NCBI GenBank assembly: GCA_051294375.1
Contig: CM119265.1
Span: forward strand, 15,990,896-16,054,895
Origin: Paraspadella gotoi
Lineage: Eukaryota > Animalia > Chaetognatha
DNA length: 64,000 bases
Direction: 5' to 3'
Below are positions 49,859-62,257 of the stretch, in pieces. The position numbers and the translations under genes are program-made. The notes below the pieces were generated by a model. It did not search any database, was not told the DNA's origin, and saw nothing but the letters and a program-made list of their open reading frames with translations. Position 1 is the first letter of the stretch. Every line of letters begins with the position of its first letter.

Positions 49859-52163
49859 ATGGAAGTGAATGACAATTCCGCTGACGTCTCTATGTCAGAA
49901 GAGCTGGATCCGGCGCAAAACGATTCCGACGAAGCGCAGCCGGAAGCGCCGAGTAACGGTATATAGAACAACGCGTCTTTTGAATTCCAAATTTAAACAC
50001 TCGTTACTTTTTTTTCTCGTCTCGGTTCGACAGGCCAGAGGATGGACGAAGCGCGACCCGAAGGTGCGGAGGAAGAGGCGGACGATGACGACGACGACGA
50101 CGAAGACGACGACGGAGTTAAAGTGACGATCGGCGAAATAAACTCGTCGCCGGCGACCGGCGCCAACTTTCGCAACCGATTCGCCAAGGGCGCCGCGGGT
50201 GCCAAGGGCGCCGTCGACAACGGCGAAGTCGTCGAGAAGCAAAAGACGACGATCGACATCGACGCCGAAGGAAACATCGGCGGGATTCCGGTCGGTTTAG
50301 TTGAGATGATATGGTGAAGAAGGGGGATGTTATGAGTTGTTGCGGGGGATGCTATCATGATAACGATTTTTTGCGTATTTCAACATAATCTAGCGTTGCT
50401 GCTAATGTTTAATTGAATTTAAACGAATTGAATTAATTAAAATGAGAGCGACCGTTTGATTTATTAAATTCGATTGATTGTTGGAAAATTATTGATTGAG
50501 TAGAACTAATTTTTAGTTAATGATTGATTGAGCTCTGGCAATGTTTTATTTTTATTTTCGATGATTGATAATAATTACTTTTTTAATTTATTTTTATGTT
50601 TGATTTATACTAATTTGTTTATTCGGGCTAATAAACAATTGTTTTAACAGGTCAAAGATTTCGACGTGGACTCCATCGCCGACAAGCCTTGGCGAAAACC
50701 TGGGGCCGACATCACCGATTACTTTAATTACGGTTTCAACGAAGAATCATGGAAGGCATATTGCACCAAACAACAAGTACAGTGTCGTGTATAAAGACGG
50801 GCTTGCTTTCATTCATTATTCTTTAAACGAAGCTCAAACTCCTTTCGTAGAGTCTCCGCGTCGCTAATGGACTTCCCGCCATTGGACATCCGAACTTCGC
50901 TCCGGAAAAAGAGTCTCTGCTTGTTGAGCCGTTGGGGAAGAAGCCCATGGTTATCGACATGGACAAGATTCGTGAAAAGTTCAACATTCTTGGCGACAGA
51001 AGCAAAAACATTAAAAAGAGGGACCTTCCTCCTATGGTAAATTTTGAAACATTGTATTTTGATTTTATACTTGTATAGTTAATTTTTTAAAATTCTTTTT
51101 CTAGCCTCAACCGACTGGTCATGTTACGAATTCGATCGCTGTAATTGGCGGCTCGGACTCAACCTCCCGACGCCAACCCCTACCCAATGACGGTTCGATC
51201 CCGACGCTCAGTTCCAAAACCGACGCCGCGCCCATCAATCCACTGGGAATCGATCTCTCTCAGCCCCCGCCAGGATTCCCCACCGGTGCCGCCGTTCCCC
51301 CAATGCCTCCGACGGTGGCTTCCGCCGCGGCAGCCGCTTTCCCGCCCGTCGATTCGACCTATTTCGCCCCCAACATCCCGCCCTTCGGTGCTCCGCCCTT
51401 CGACCCATTCGTGACTGGCGCCGCCCCGGTTGGAGCCTTCCCGCCTCCAATAGGCTTGCCCCCGGGTTCTACAGCGCCTTCTGGCTGGCAAGCTCCACCT
51501 TCGGGTCCACCTCCGTTGGGTTACCCGGTGGCTACAGTTGGTCAGACTGCCCCGAGACCACTAAGTCCCGCAGTTAAAGAGGAGGAACGGGAAGATGAAG
51601 AAAGGAGAGAGCATCGTCGGCGGGGTCACTCGCATCATAGGGATTCGAGTGAGTTTTCGACTACAATTATGAGTTGAAAAAGATATAATATACTTTATAC
51701 ATGTAATATGTATAAAATATGTAAATATGGCATATGCTTGTTTTGTTATTGTTAGCATTTTTATTCGGTATTGCCAAATGGTTCGGAAAGCAATCTCGGG
51801 TCTAAATCCAGTTTTTTCCTTCTTACTACTACTATAATAATAATAATAATAATAATAATAATTTTTATATTGGTTGTACCAATTTCATAACGATTACTTA
51901 TTTAGCCTTTCGCTCCCTCAGGCTCCCGTCATAGATCCCCGCCGGAGGAACCTTCCAGCAACAGGTCCAGATCTCCCTCACGAAAGGAAAAGCACAAGGA
52001 CAGAGAGAGAAGCGAAAAACGGGACAAGGACAAAGAGAGAAAACGAGGCTCAGGAGAGGAAGAGAGGGACTCCGGAAGTCGTCACAAGAAAAGTAAGAAG
52101 AGCGACCGGGACAAGGAGCACCGGCGAGAAGACCAAGTCGAAATCAAGAGAGAACCAGAATGA
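49859..52163 (+). CDS. FIP1L1: Pre-mRNA 3'-end processing factor FIP1. Exons 49859-49958, 50034-50290, 50651-50776, 50851-51036, 51105-51648, 51922-52163
   Basis: Acidic N-terminus ([13 protein letters not shown]), Fip1 motif [28 protein letters not shown], Pro-rich middle, R/E/K-rich C-terminus. Confidence 0.96.
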
Positions 52164-53231
52164 CCTTTTTGCCCTGTCCTTTTTTGATTGGTTACTTTGT
52201 GTTCTCATCGTGTCTCCCGGTACTTTTTAGGATTTCAGATTAGTGTGACAGAGTACATATTCTACAATTGTCGAATTGTAATATTGGCAGAATTTTGATT
52301 CGGCGACACGATGCGGACTACACAATAGAAGTTAAGATGTATATCCTATTGCTTGCGTCGTGTTCATTCCGTTCATTTTTAATTATAGAAAATTATCAAT
52401 TAGTGTGTTATTTATTTATTTCCGTCTGTATTCGATGGTGTGCCTTAAGTGACTACGAAATGATTATTGATACTCTGAAAGAAGATTATTTCAGTTACGC
52501 GGTGCAGAGCATCTTAATGACTAGCCACAGTAGCCACAGTAGCCACACCCATGCGGCCTCCTGGTGGCGGATAGTCAGGGGATTTTTCTGTCAGTTCGAG
52601 TGCGATCCAAAACGTTTAATTGGGCGCGAGGCTGTCCGGCTCTAAGATAACTAAAATTAGTAACCTTAGCTAGTAATTAATTTTGTTCTCAAGATATTGT
52701 ATGCTTGGCGACGCTTCCGTTTTGGTAATTGGTAATTCCAGTTTTGAACCGAGTTATTGTAATTTAAGAGCTTTAGCCTCGTCCTTCTATTTGAAGGTCA
52801 GGTATGAAAGGTGAGGTAAACCTTAATTATTATTTCGAGTTTTACTGGATATTGAACGCGATTTTGCTGAATAAAAAATTAAATTTCAAGGTCAATGTCA
52901 ATGATCTCGATTTCAGTTCGAAGTTAGCTGTCGATGCAAAAACATCAAAATATAGTGACGGAAAATACCGAGATGCTGAAAATACTTTTAGGTTTAAGGT
53001 TTAAGTTTTGAGATGTATTTGTTTAAAATTTACTATCCCTTATGATGATCAATATTAAATGAAATGTCCATCTTTCATCGAAATTATTTTGTCCAAACCG
53101 GTTTATCGCCGAACGAGTTTTCCGAAATTTCTACAAACGAGATTTAACGAGCTGCGTCCTTAACTCGAGCCAATTTAAAGTGTTTAAATAATATCTTTTT
53201 AAAAATTGAATATCTCTCGCGAAATTCGCTG

Positions 53232-55348
53232 ATGGAGCTACAAATTGGTGTTTTGCTCATTTTGATGGCTTTTTCTGGTAAGTGTTGCCGTTGGTTAAAC
53301 GAAAGATCGTACACATTTTAATTTCAATTCGTTAAATTTTCAGAAACTTATTTAACATTTTTAACAAATATTCGGGTGAAAATATTCCGTTATTTTGGCT
53401 TTTTATCAATTCTGACTTATATGATAACAGCGGGGAAGCCAACGACGAAGAGAGAAACCGAGCAACGTTTGGCGCAACGTTTAAAAAACGTTTTTGATAT
53501 TCGTGCAATTTACAAAGGTAGTGAGCATGGTAATTTTATTCTTAAAGACGTTTCTGGTATGTTTAATAATTAATTCAACCAATCAGGGACTGTAAGAGGA
53601 ATTACGGGCCCATCGACTGGCCCCCTGGCCGGCCTCCCCCCGCTCTCCATGTTTTTAGTTTTCGATTACCGACTTTCTGCCTTGAACTTTTACTGTTTTA
53701 CTGAAACTTTTTTTTAAATCACAATTATTCTGCCTCTCTTGTCTGAGCGAGGGGTCTAAATTTGTTAAACTTTCTGACTAGATGAGATACGGTTATATAA
53801 TATATATAAATATATCACAATCATTTTGCCTCCTCTTTTTTTCTTCTTTTCTTTCTTTCTTTTTTTCTCTCTTCTGAGGGGCGAGGGTGTCCCCCCTCTC
53901 GTCGCCCCTGCGACCAATATCAAATTATCCATTTATTTATTAAATAAGCGGTAAAATTTTACATTCACTGTTTAAGATCTTCCGGTCTTTTTTTTTCTTT
54001 TTATGACCACAAACGTGAAAATAATTTCTTCCACGAAAAAATGAGTTATTAAATCTTTTAATATTAAATTGTTTTTCGGATATTACCCCAACCACCCTTA
54101 ACCCGAACTACCCCTTACAACATCTACCCCTAACCCTAATATCCCCAAACCTTAACTACCCATAACCACCCCTAACCCTAACCAGTAACCACCCCTAATA
54201 CTAAACACTCCAAACATCGGGGTTTGATAAATAAATAAATAAAGTAAATTTTTACGGGTAAAATTTAACTTTCGTCGACCGGGATTTTGGCGTCTTTTGA
54301 ACAACTATTTAAAAATATTTATTTTTGTAAACAATTTTTAAAATATTATTAACCTAACTCTAAACCTTTTTAACCCAAGCCACCTTTGAGTTTATCCCTA
54401 AACCCCCTTAACCCCAGTTGGCGAAAGTAAAATTATGCCAAAAATGGTAAGTTCGAATAAAAAATAACCGATTGTCAGCCTATGGTGGTTTAAGTCCTCC
54501 TTCACTCTGTACCAGATAATGTAAAATACTCTCTCACAATCTCGTTCAATCACTTCCTCAGTACCTGGCTTCCCTATCAATTGAAGTGGTATGATATTTC
54601 AAAGAATGAATTGATGCATTTGTCACTTTTATGTGGTTGCCCTCTAGGACCTCCAAAACGTTCGCAGGGCGCGTCTCAGGTCGCCAAAGTAATGATAGAT
54701 GACAGTGGCAATCGCAGCGATACAAACAATAGGAATCCCGTAAAAGGGCTGGAAAACAATCTGGAAGTTAAAAAACAAATCGTGGAGAAACTCCCGGTCG
54801 TTGGAAAAGATAACCTCACCGATTTGGTAGATGCCGAAAACAGTAATGGGGACAAAGACGGAGAGAGAATAGGCGAGGGCGAGGTTCAAGTTCTCGTCAA
54901 TCTGTCCGGAGACGTCATTGAAGCAACTTGTCTCGACGGTGACGGTTGCAACCAAATCAAAGCCAACGCGCAAAGCCTTTACGATTTAGTGAGTTGTCAC
55001 TTGCTTCCGCACTTTAAATTTTTTTTTTCTGGGAATTTGTTCTATACAATAGCTTAGATAATCCCCCCCACAAAAAAAAAAACAAACAAAAGACTTTAGA
55101 ACTAAATATCGGAGTGAGACTAACACCTTCACGTCCATAATACAATTCGTCTTTTTGATGTATTATTTAATTTTTTATCTCAGGTTTGTCATCACAAATC
55201 GAACATTCTTCAAGGATGGAAGAATCAAGGCTGGTCTTTGTGTGAAAAGAACTCCCCACCCAGTTCGACAAAAGAGGCGTGCGAGTTGTATCCAATGAGT
55301 TATTATTGTTGCAAATCTTGCAAACGAATTTTGGCCGGCTTACGTTAG
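53232..55348 (+). CDS. Secreted precursor (212 aa) with C-terminal 8-Cys PLAC-like module. Exons 53232-53277, 53431-53517, 54648-54988, 55184-55348
   Basis: Signal peptide MELQIGVLLILMAFSAG, KR sites, then CLDGDGC...C...C...C...YYCCKSC; GT-AG introns in phase. Confidence 0.78.
53584..53910. mobile_element. hAT-like MITE with 8-bp target-site duplication
   Basis: Ends CAGGG...CCCTG flanked by caaccaat (53576-53583) and cgaccaat (53911-53918). Confidence 0.6.
54085..54205. repeat. Degenerate CCCTAA-like tract
   Basis: ccctaaccctaa and variants; more at ~54350-54415. Confidence 0.6.
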
Positions 55349-56856
55349 ACGAAGCAAAACCAGCGCCTGACTTGAATTATGAGATTAGAAACCAAATCGT
55401 TCTTTGTCTTATACAGACTATTATAAATGCTATTACGGAATACGTTGAATTGTATATATAGTTTTTTTCCTAGACCGCGGTATGATTTTGTGGAACGTTT
55501 TAATAGACTTAGCCTATCTTGCCTATTTTATAAATAATCTAAAGATTATTTATTTATTCAAAAAAATGTAGCTTAGTAATTTTATTTTTCACACTAAGTA
55601 TTTAAAATCCGTTTTTAGTCTAGCCTACTTAAAGATATACTTTAGGAAATAGCTAAATATATTTTTAGAATTTTTATCATTCGCACTTTCTGTCAGCGAT
55701 AAAATTGTTGTGATTGTATTCTTAATTTACTGAGATCCTCTTGATCTAGTTCACTTTACCGATTAGCCAATGGCGCCTCGTATCGGGGCCTTCTCTTCCC
55801 CTAATCACGCCACACTCTATGTACGGACGTTTTTTCTCTCCCGGCACGCGTTCTCGCGTCGTACCGCTCTCGCTCTCACTTCCCCCATATTTGCGCTCGC
55901 TCGCTCGCTCGCTCGCGTTGCTCTGGGAACGCTGGGATAGTAAGACAGTTTCCAGGGCGGCGCGCGCGACGGCCTCGTTTTTCGTGAAGTACGTGAAGGC
56001 GACGAAAATAAAGGAGCGCGACCCAACGTCGTGTCCAATACGAGAGAATCTTCATTCGCACGCTCAAAATTTATTTATTTTTGAAAATATCTTTTTTTTT
56101 TAAAAATAATGTGATAAATTTAGAAATTGGAAATTTAATTTTAAATCACTAGGCTCTGTCCCCAAACCTAATAAGTTAGATGGTCGCGACGAAACGCACG
56201 TTGCTTTCCGCCGCTGCGTCGTTTCCGTTGCAGCTGCGAACGCTGCCACTTAGACGCTGCCGCTGCATCTCTCCCCATTCGTCTTCGCTTCCAGTCCACA
56301 CCTAGACCTCAGTCCTACGCCGTTCATTTTTTTTTAATGAATTTATCTCCGCAAAAATTCGTTAAATTGAAAAGTATTTTCAAAACGACTGCATTCTGTA
56401 TGCACCAAGTAACGTATAAGTCTCCCTATACTACACAGCAACTGAAGTGTATAAGCACAGTTTTATTTCAGCATATTTATTCCATTAAAAAAATCACTTT
56501 TTGGACAGTAGTGTTTTTTTGTAACTATTGTATATTATACAAAAGTTAAAAATTATACGATGTATTTATATATAGGAACTGAAAAATCGCGGGAAATTAT
56601 GGCCTATTTACGAATTTTCTTTTACGTAATCTTTATTTAATGTTATCTGGACAAAATCAACTAGATCTTTATAATTGTCTTTATAAATGTCTTGATATTG
56701 TCGTAATTGAAATTCTATTTAATTGTACTATGCGACAAATAATTTGTTTCATTCCTCAACCTTGTTTTTTTGTATTTTTGTTATCGAAGCTGCAATTTTT
56801 TTTTTCTTTCTTTCATCTCGTATTTGTTTTTTTTCTCAAACATCATAACTTACTGG

Positions 56857-57065
56857 TGAAGAGACAGTAATTATTGATATGTGTTAATGACAGAACCGTT
56901 CAATATAAGCAGTCCCTGAGCTTCGGATCAGGCTGTAACACCATGTTACAGGCGGGTTAAGCGCCCCGTCCCTCTTAACTGCTGGGCGGACACCGGACTA
57001 GAACCCCGGACCTTTGGGTAGGGAGGCGAATGACTTGCCTCCAGCACCAATGGCCGCTGATGAAC
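56857..57065 (-). mobile_element. tRNA-derived SINE (head resembles tRNA-Gly)
   Basis: Minus strand A-box-like TGGTGCTGGAGG, B-box GGTTCTAGTCC, acceptor-like stem GCGGCCA/TGTCCGC, broken anticodon stem, non-tRNA tail shared with 14800-14887. Confidence 0.75.
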
Positions 57066-58877
57066 GGTTGGTCGATTTTAGTCCACCATACTGGCTCTTT
57101 TCCAACTTAACAACATCCAGCAAGAAGACGAAATACAAATTATAATGATATTGTGAATTATAAAATGATAACTTCCTGTGGTTATTGAAAGTTGTTGAAA
57201 GTTTTGTTTTTCTCGGAAAGTATCAAAAATATGTCGGGGAAAACAATTATAAATAGCAACTGACTTAAAATGCCCTTTGCGATTCCTTGACTTCTAATGT
57301 TTTTATGTAAACAACTGACTGTCGCAACTCTGGCTATATTTTTCATCTCACCGTGATTTCTTTTGCCTCCCGCCTTCACTCCCTGATCCTCCCTGATACA
57401 GTTACACTCCCACCCCTTTTTTTCTTTGGCACCAGCGTTTCAAAACTCCCCTCCGGCCAAAAATCCTCCAAGTATTCCACTCGCGTCTCGGATTGGTTCC
57501 CCGGGGATTCCTCCCGGATTTCGATTGGCCGACATTCTGCGATGGGGCGTTGAGAAGCTCAATATGTTGACTGGATGAAAAGGACGCTATGCTGCCGCCG
57601 AAATTGGCTCTTTCATGAGTTCTTGGGATTGATGGTGGCTCCTTTGGCTTCTCGGGACCCATTTGGCATCCGAATCCAATTTATTGCTTCAGTAGTAAAA
57701 ATGATATCGGCCCATAAAAATAAGAAAAACATGAGTGTTCACTCCATATTCCCGTGTTTACGTCCTTGGCGTAAAATGCGGATTCGTTTTAATAAATAAA
57801 CAGAGCCCAAAGTTTACAGTTTTAATACAGCTAATACAGTTTTAACGATTTTAAAAGGGTTTTCTGTGGTAATTGCGCATATTCTCGACTATGAAGTGCC
57901 TTCCTCGGACGTTATTCTAAACTGTTAATCTGAACTGTTAATTTCCAATTGTTCCAGCTAACGTTCGCTGTCGCAAACTTATCACCTAATTCGATTGAAA
58001 CAATTAAATAGCTGGAACTTGCGCTAAACCTAAGCGAAATATATGCCAACCTAGAAAGAAATATGAAAGAATTGGGAGACATACCGGAGCAAGCCAGCAG
58101 AGACAAGATGAAAGAGAGAAAAAAATCGTTTAAGACGTAATGAGCGTGATAAATCTCGGCCATCGAACGTGAGAAGAATTCGGGCCTTGTAAGAGAGAAG
58201 AGAGAAAAAGGAAGGAAAGATCAGAAAGAAATCAAAAGAATAAAAAGAAAGAGAACGTTGACGGTGAAATAGTCAGACTTCCAGTTTAAATTATTCAATC
58301 TCGCCTTCAGCGTTTTCGAACTTATCCTGACTGCCTTCTTTTAATGTTTTTTCTCCTTATGATACTAGTCTGTCGTGGAGCTTTGGTACTCATCTTTAGA
58401 ATTTGATATTAGTTATTAGATAAAGCTCATGTGTTTGAGAATTCATTTTCTCAATTCGTTTGTGCTCTTAAATTTATCGGACACGGTTTCGATAGTTCAT
58501 TTAAGCCAAGCGAGAGGTCGCCTGATTTTATCAAGCGATCTAAACGCCCAGCGATGGCGCTCGAGGTTGCTTTGTGGTTTAAAATCAATTCGGAAACCCT
58601 TCTGGTGGAGCCTGAAACCATTCTTGTGGAACTGCTGAATCAGCCTTCAAGACGTTCCCAGTTTTGCCTTTGAAAGAAACTTAATTAAAAGAGGGAAAAG
58701 GAACGGTTTTTTTTCCGATTGAGTTAATCCTGCTTAATTTACCGGACACAACGGCCGCGCCGATCGATTGCGTTTCACTCAGAAAACTTTACGAGTTTTA
58801 GGTTAACGTTCGACAAAAAAAAATTCTAAATTATGTAAAATTAGTATGACGGTACGCAATTCTTTTTTTTTTTTTTT

Positions 58878-59148
58878 AAACTGTTCACTTATTTTCTCCA
58901 TCTGTTTAAACTGTTCACGTTATTTTCTCCATCTGTTTTAAACTGTTCACTTATTTTCTCCATCTGTTTAAACTGTTCACTTATTTTCTCCATCTGTTTA
59001 AACTGTTCACTTATTTTCTCCATCTGTTTAAACTGTTCACTTATTTTCTCCATCTGTTAAAACTGTTCACTTATTTTTCTCCATTGTTTAAACCTGTTCA
59101 CTTATTTTCTCCATCTGTTTAAAACTGTTCAACATTATTTTCTCCATC
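58878..59148. repeat. Minisatellite, ~30-31-bp unit x ~9
   Basis: aaactgttcacttattttctccatctgttt repeated in tandem. Confidence 0.95.
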
Positions 59149-59469
59149 CCAGATGATCGTCCTCTCTCCCCTGAAGATCCATGGGCGCCGCCTCCCTCCG
59201 TCCAAAGCAAAAAACCGCCGTCTCTCTCCGCTCGAGCCGCGACACTTTACGCGCGAGGGCAGAGACCGTCGGCTGGCGCGCTAAGTCTCGAAAAGTGAGA
59301 CCGCTCGGCTGGCCCAACACCCCCCCTTCCCCTCCCCTTCTTTTCCCCTCTTTTTTTTTTTTTCTTCTAAAGCGGGAAAGAAAGATTTGGCCGCCAAAAG
59401 CCGTTTCTATTCACGAGCGTCGCCGGCCTTTAGTCTCTCCCCCCCCCTCCCTCGCCCGTTTGAAAAAAG

Positions 59470-59511
<42 letters not shown>

Positions 59512-59992
59512 GTCAAGAGACGCCGCCAAGACACGCGACAAGCAAAGACGACGACTACGTCATATCACTGGAAATTTGCTCAGAAGAAAAAAAAAAAAAA
59601 AAAAAACTGGTTTAGCGTCGATCTCTCAAACGGCGTGGCCTCTTATCCCCACCGCCACCCAATCCTGTCCGCTTCTTCTTCTTCGGTTCCACAACTTTTA
59701 AAAACCTCTTAAAAACCTTCAACCGGAAGACATATTTACCGACGTACGATGACAGCAGTAAATTAAGGACCAAAACCCCAGCTCCCTGCCTCCTCCAATA
59801 AAACAGCCCCGTTCCAGTCTCTTTTTTTCTTTTTCTTCTTCCCTTCTTCCCTATATCATTTAATCGTCCCAAAGTTAACTTCTCTCTCTCTTTTTACTTT
59901 TAATCTCACACTGTAAGCATGGAAATTAACGTATAGGAATGCAAATTTATCTACATTGTATCTGCCTTATTATAAGTGGACGAATTTAAAAA

Positions 59993-60014
59993 NNNNNNNN
60001 NNNNNNNNNNNNNN
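59993..60014. other. Assembly gap (22 N)
   Basis: N run. Confidence 1.
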
Positions 60015-60247
60015 AAAAAAAACAAAAACAAAGTCGTCCATTATCTATCGACTAATTCATCTCGGAGCGAACAAAAAGACAGTTTTGAATCCACGAAGTG
60101 TTCTTTAAAAGTCACTCGAGAATGGGCCGCACCCTTATTTTTTCTCTTTTTTATATTTACTACGATTCGTGCTAAAAAACTGTAAACATTCAACGAAATA
60201 CCGTTTGTATTAAATAAAAAAAAATCTCTTTTTTTACATCGTTCATC

Positions 60248-62257
60248 ATGTTGCCCGTCACTATCGCTTCCTCCACTCATTTTCCCAGCGGAAACGAGTT
60301 GTCCCTCTTTTTTCTTTTTTTCGTCCTTTTGCCGGAGACCTTGTCGCAAGACTCCCCATCGACACCGCTCAGCAACGAGAGCTTCCGGGCGGTGGAGGAC
60401 GACGACGACATCAGCAACCACATCGTCGATCACGTCGTCGACGAAAACGACGCCTCCACTACCGTCGCGAAGACGACGACCTCGACGCCGACGAAAAATG
60501 CGACGTCGTCGTCGTCGTCGACGAATCCTAAAATTGGAAAATCGACGGATTTGGTGAACATTGACCTTCACATCGCGTGGAGGGGCATTTTCTCCTTGAT
60601 GGTGAGACGCCGAGTCGGTTGCATGAAACATTTAAAAAACATTTAAAAACTTGACAGATTGACAAACTAAGGACAACACTTGTATAAGAATTTCCTGTGA
60701 GTGTTTTTTTCATCATCTTTTCTCTGTTTTTCTTTCCTCGTTTTTCTTTCTGTTAATTACGTTCTCTCTTCTCCCTCGGTCTTCGTCTCGTTCTCTTCTG
60801 CTCTTCTCTCTCGTTCTCTCGAAAATGGGGGGGGGGAATAGGGGAGCACCCATGGCCGGTCGTCGACCTGACTGAAACATTTCTTTTCAAGGACAGAAAC
60901 TGACCAATGGTCAGTGACCATATATATTCTCGCTTCACTTTTCTCTTTTTTTTTTTTTTTTTGTCGGTCTGCGACGCCGTTTGTCTTCATGGGTAAATAA
61001 GGAACTTAGTTTTTTTTTTTTTTCTGCAATAGTTTGATATTTAGTTTTTGAAAAGGTTAATGTTGTTTTTAATAAGTCACCTAATTAAAAATCCTTCTCT
61101 CAGTCTTCGGTCAGAAACAAGAGCATTCATTGTACGTCTTTCTATCTCTGATCTTTATCATAGGTTAAATGGGAGGCGATAGTCATGGATCCCTCGATGA
61201 CCATTCAAGGGTTGCGTTTGGAACTCACCGACGTCACTCACTGGAGGCATCCGGAGAAACACGAGGTTTGTAAACAGAGTATTAGATTTTAAATTATTAT
61301 ACTGACTTTTATATACCATCTTCGTTTTAAGGATACGTTAAAACTGTTGATTGCTCCTGGCATAAATGAGAAAGAATTCTACCATTTACGTTCGGATACG
61401 AGGTAAAAATTATTCGTGTCAAATGAACTTTCCTTGGTTACAATAATTTCTTAGTAAAAAAAAAGAAAATTCATAGTTTTTAAATCCCGCACCCCCAACC
61501 GGGACCCACCCCGTTTTTCACAGGTACAAGATCTGCTTGCGTGCCGTTTTCGCGCGCCCCGAGCGAATGAGCGCCCCGTCATGCATGAAAACCTCGACGA
61601 AGCGCATCATGCTGCCCGAAAATATCGCATCGGCGATCATCATCGGCGCCTGGCTCCTCATCACCGTTGTAGCGTCTTTCGTATGTTGGTACAAACATAA
61701 GATGACAAAACCGGGGGACAACCACGAGCAGTACAGGTGAGAGCTAGAGACAAAGAGAGAGACAGAGAAAAGTTTATTAAATACTTATTTAACCGACCAC
61801 TAAATAAAAAAGAAAAAATGAGGAAAAAAAGAAGAGGAGAAAGGGAGAAGATTGAAAGTTGGAAAATATTAATTGTTTATTCCCAGTGATTTCATTCGTC
61901 ACTCATTAATCATAGTCTTCCAGTAATAAAGTCAGGCCTTTCTCCACCCTTAGTAATACGTGAAATGTTACTCCCTTCTCCAGAATGATGCTAAGTCCGT
62001 CGGACACGGAGAACACAATCGGGTCGCCCACTGGAGGCGGCCTTGGCCTGGACAACGCCGGCCTCTCGCCTATGACGCCTCCCGGAGATCCGCCGCGTGT
62101 TGTAGAGCCGGCGCCCGTTTCGCTTTTCCCCGACCTTCAGGGGCAGCACCATCTAATCAAAAACGCCGTCCCATCCCCCGCCGCCTCCGCCGCCAACACC
62201 ACCACGACCACAACCCGGAGCTGCACGTGCCCGAAGACGCATTCCGGGACCGCGTAA
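60248..62257 (+). CDS. Single-pass membrane protein with Ser/Thr-rich stalk and one FN3-like domain. Exons 60248-60601, 61164-61265, 61332-61402, 61524-61736, 61984-62257
   Basis: Hydrophobic signal, mucin-like T/S tract, FN3 pattern (LMVKWE...LRSDTRYKICLRAV), TM (IASAIIIGAWLLITVVASFVCWY), Pro-rich tail; GT-AG introns in phase. Confidence 0.8.

Noticed and set aside
56983-57058. Functional tRNA gene
   Set aside because: Anticodon stem does not pair and the sequence continues into a dispersed repeat tail; treated as a SINE.
57350-58750. Possible minus-strand gene (splice-like sites, short ORFs)
   Set aside because: No continuous frame could be assembled; it may be non-coding transcription but is unsupported.
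58878-59148. CRISPR-like ~30-bp repeats
   Set aside because: Head-to-tail units with no spacers, no cas genes, eukaryotic context.
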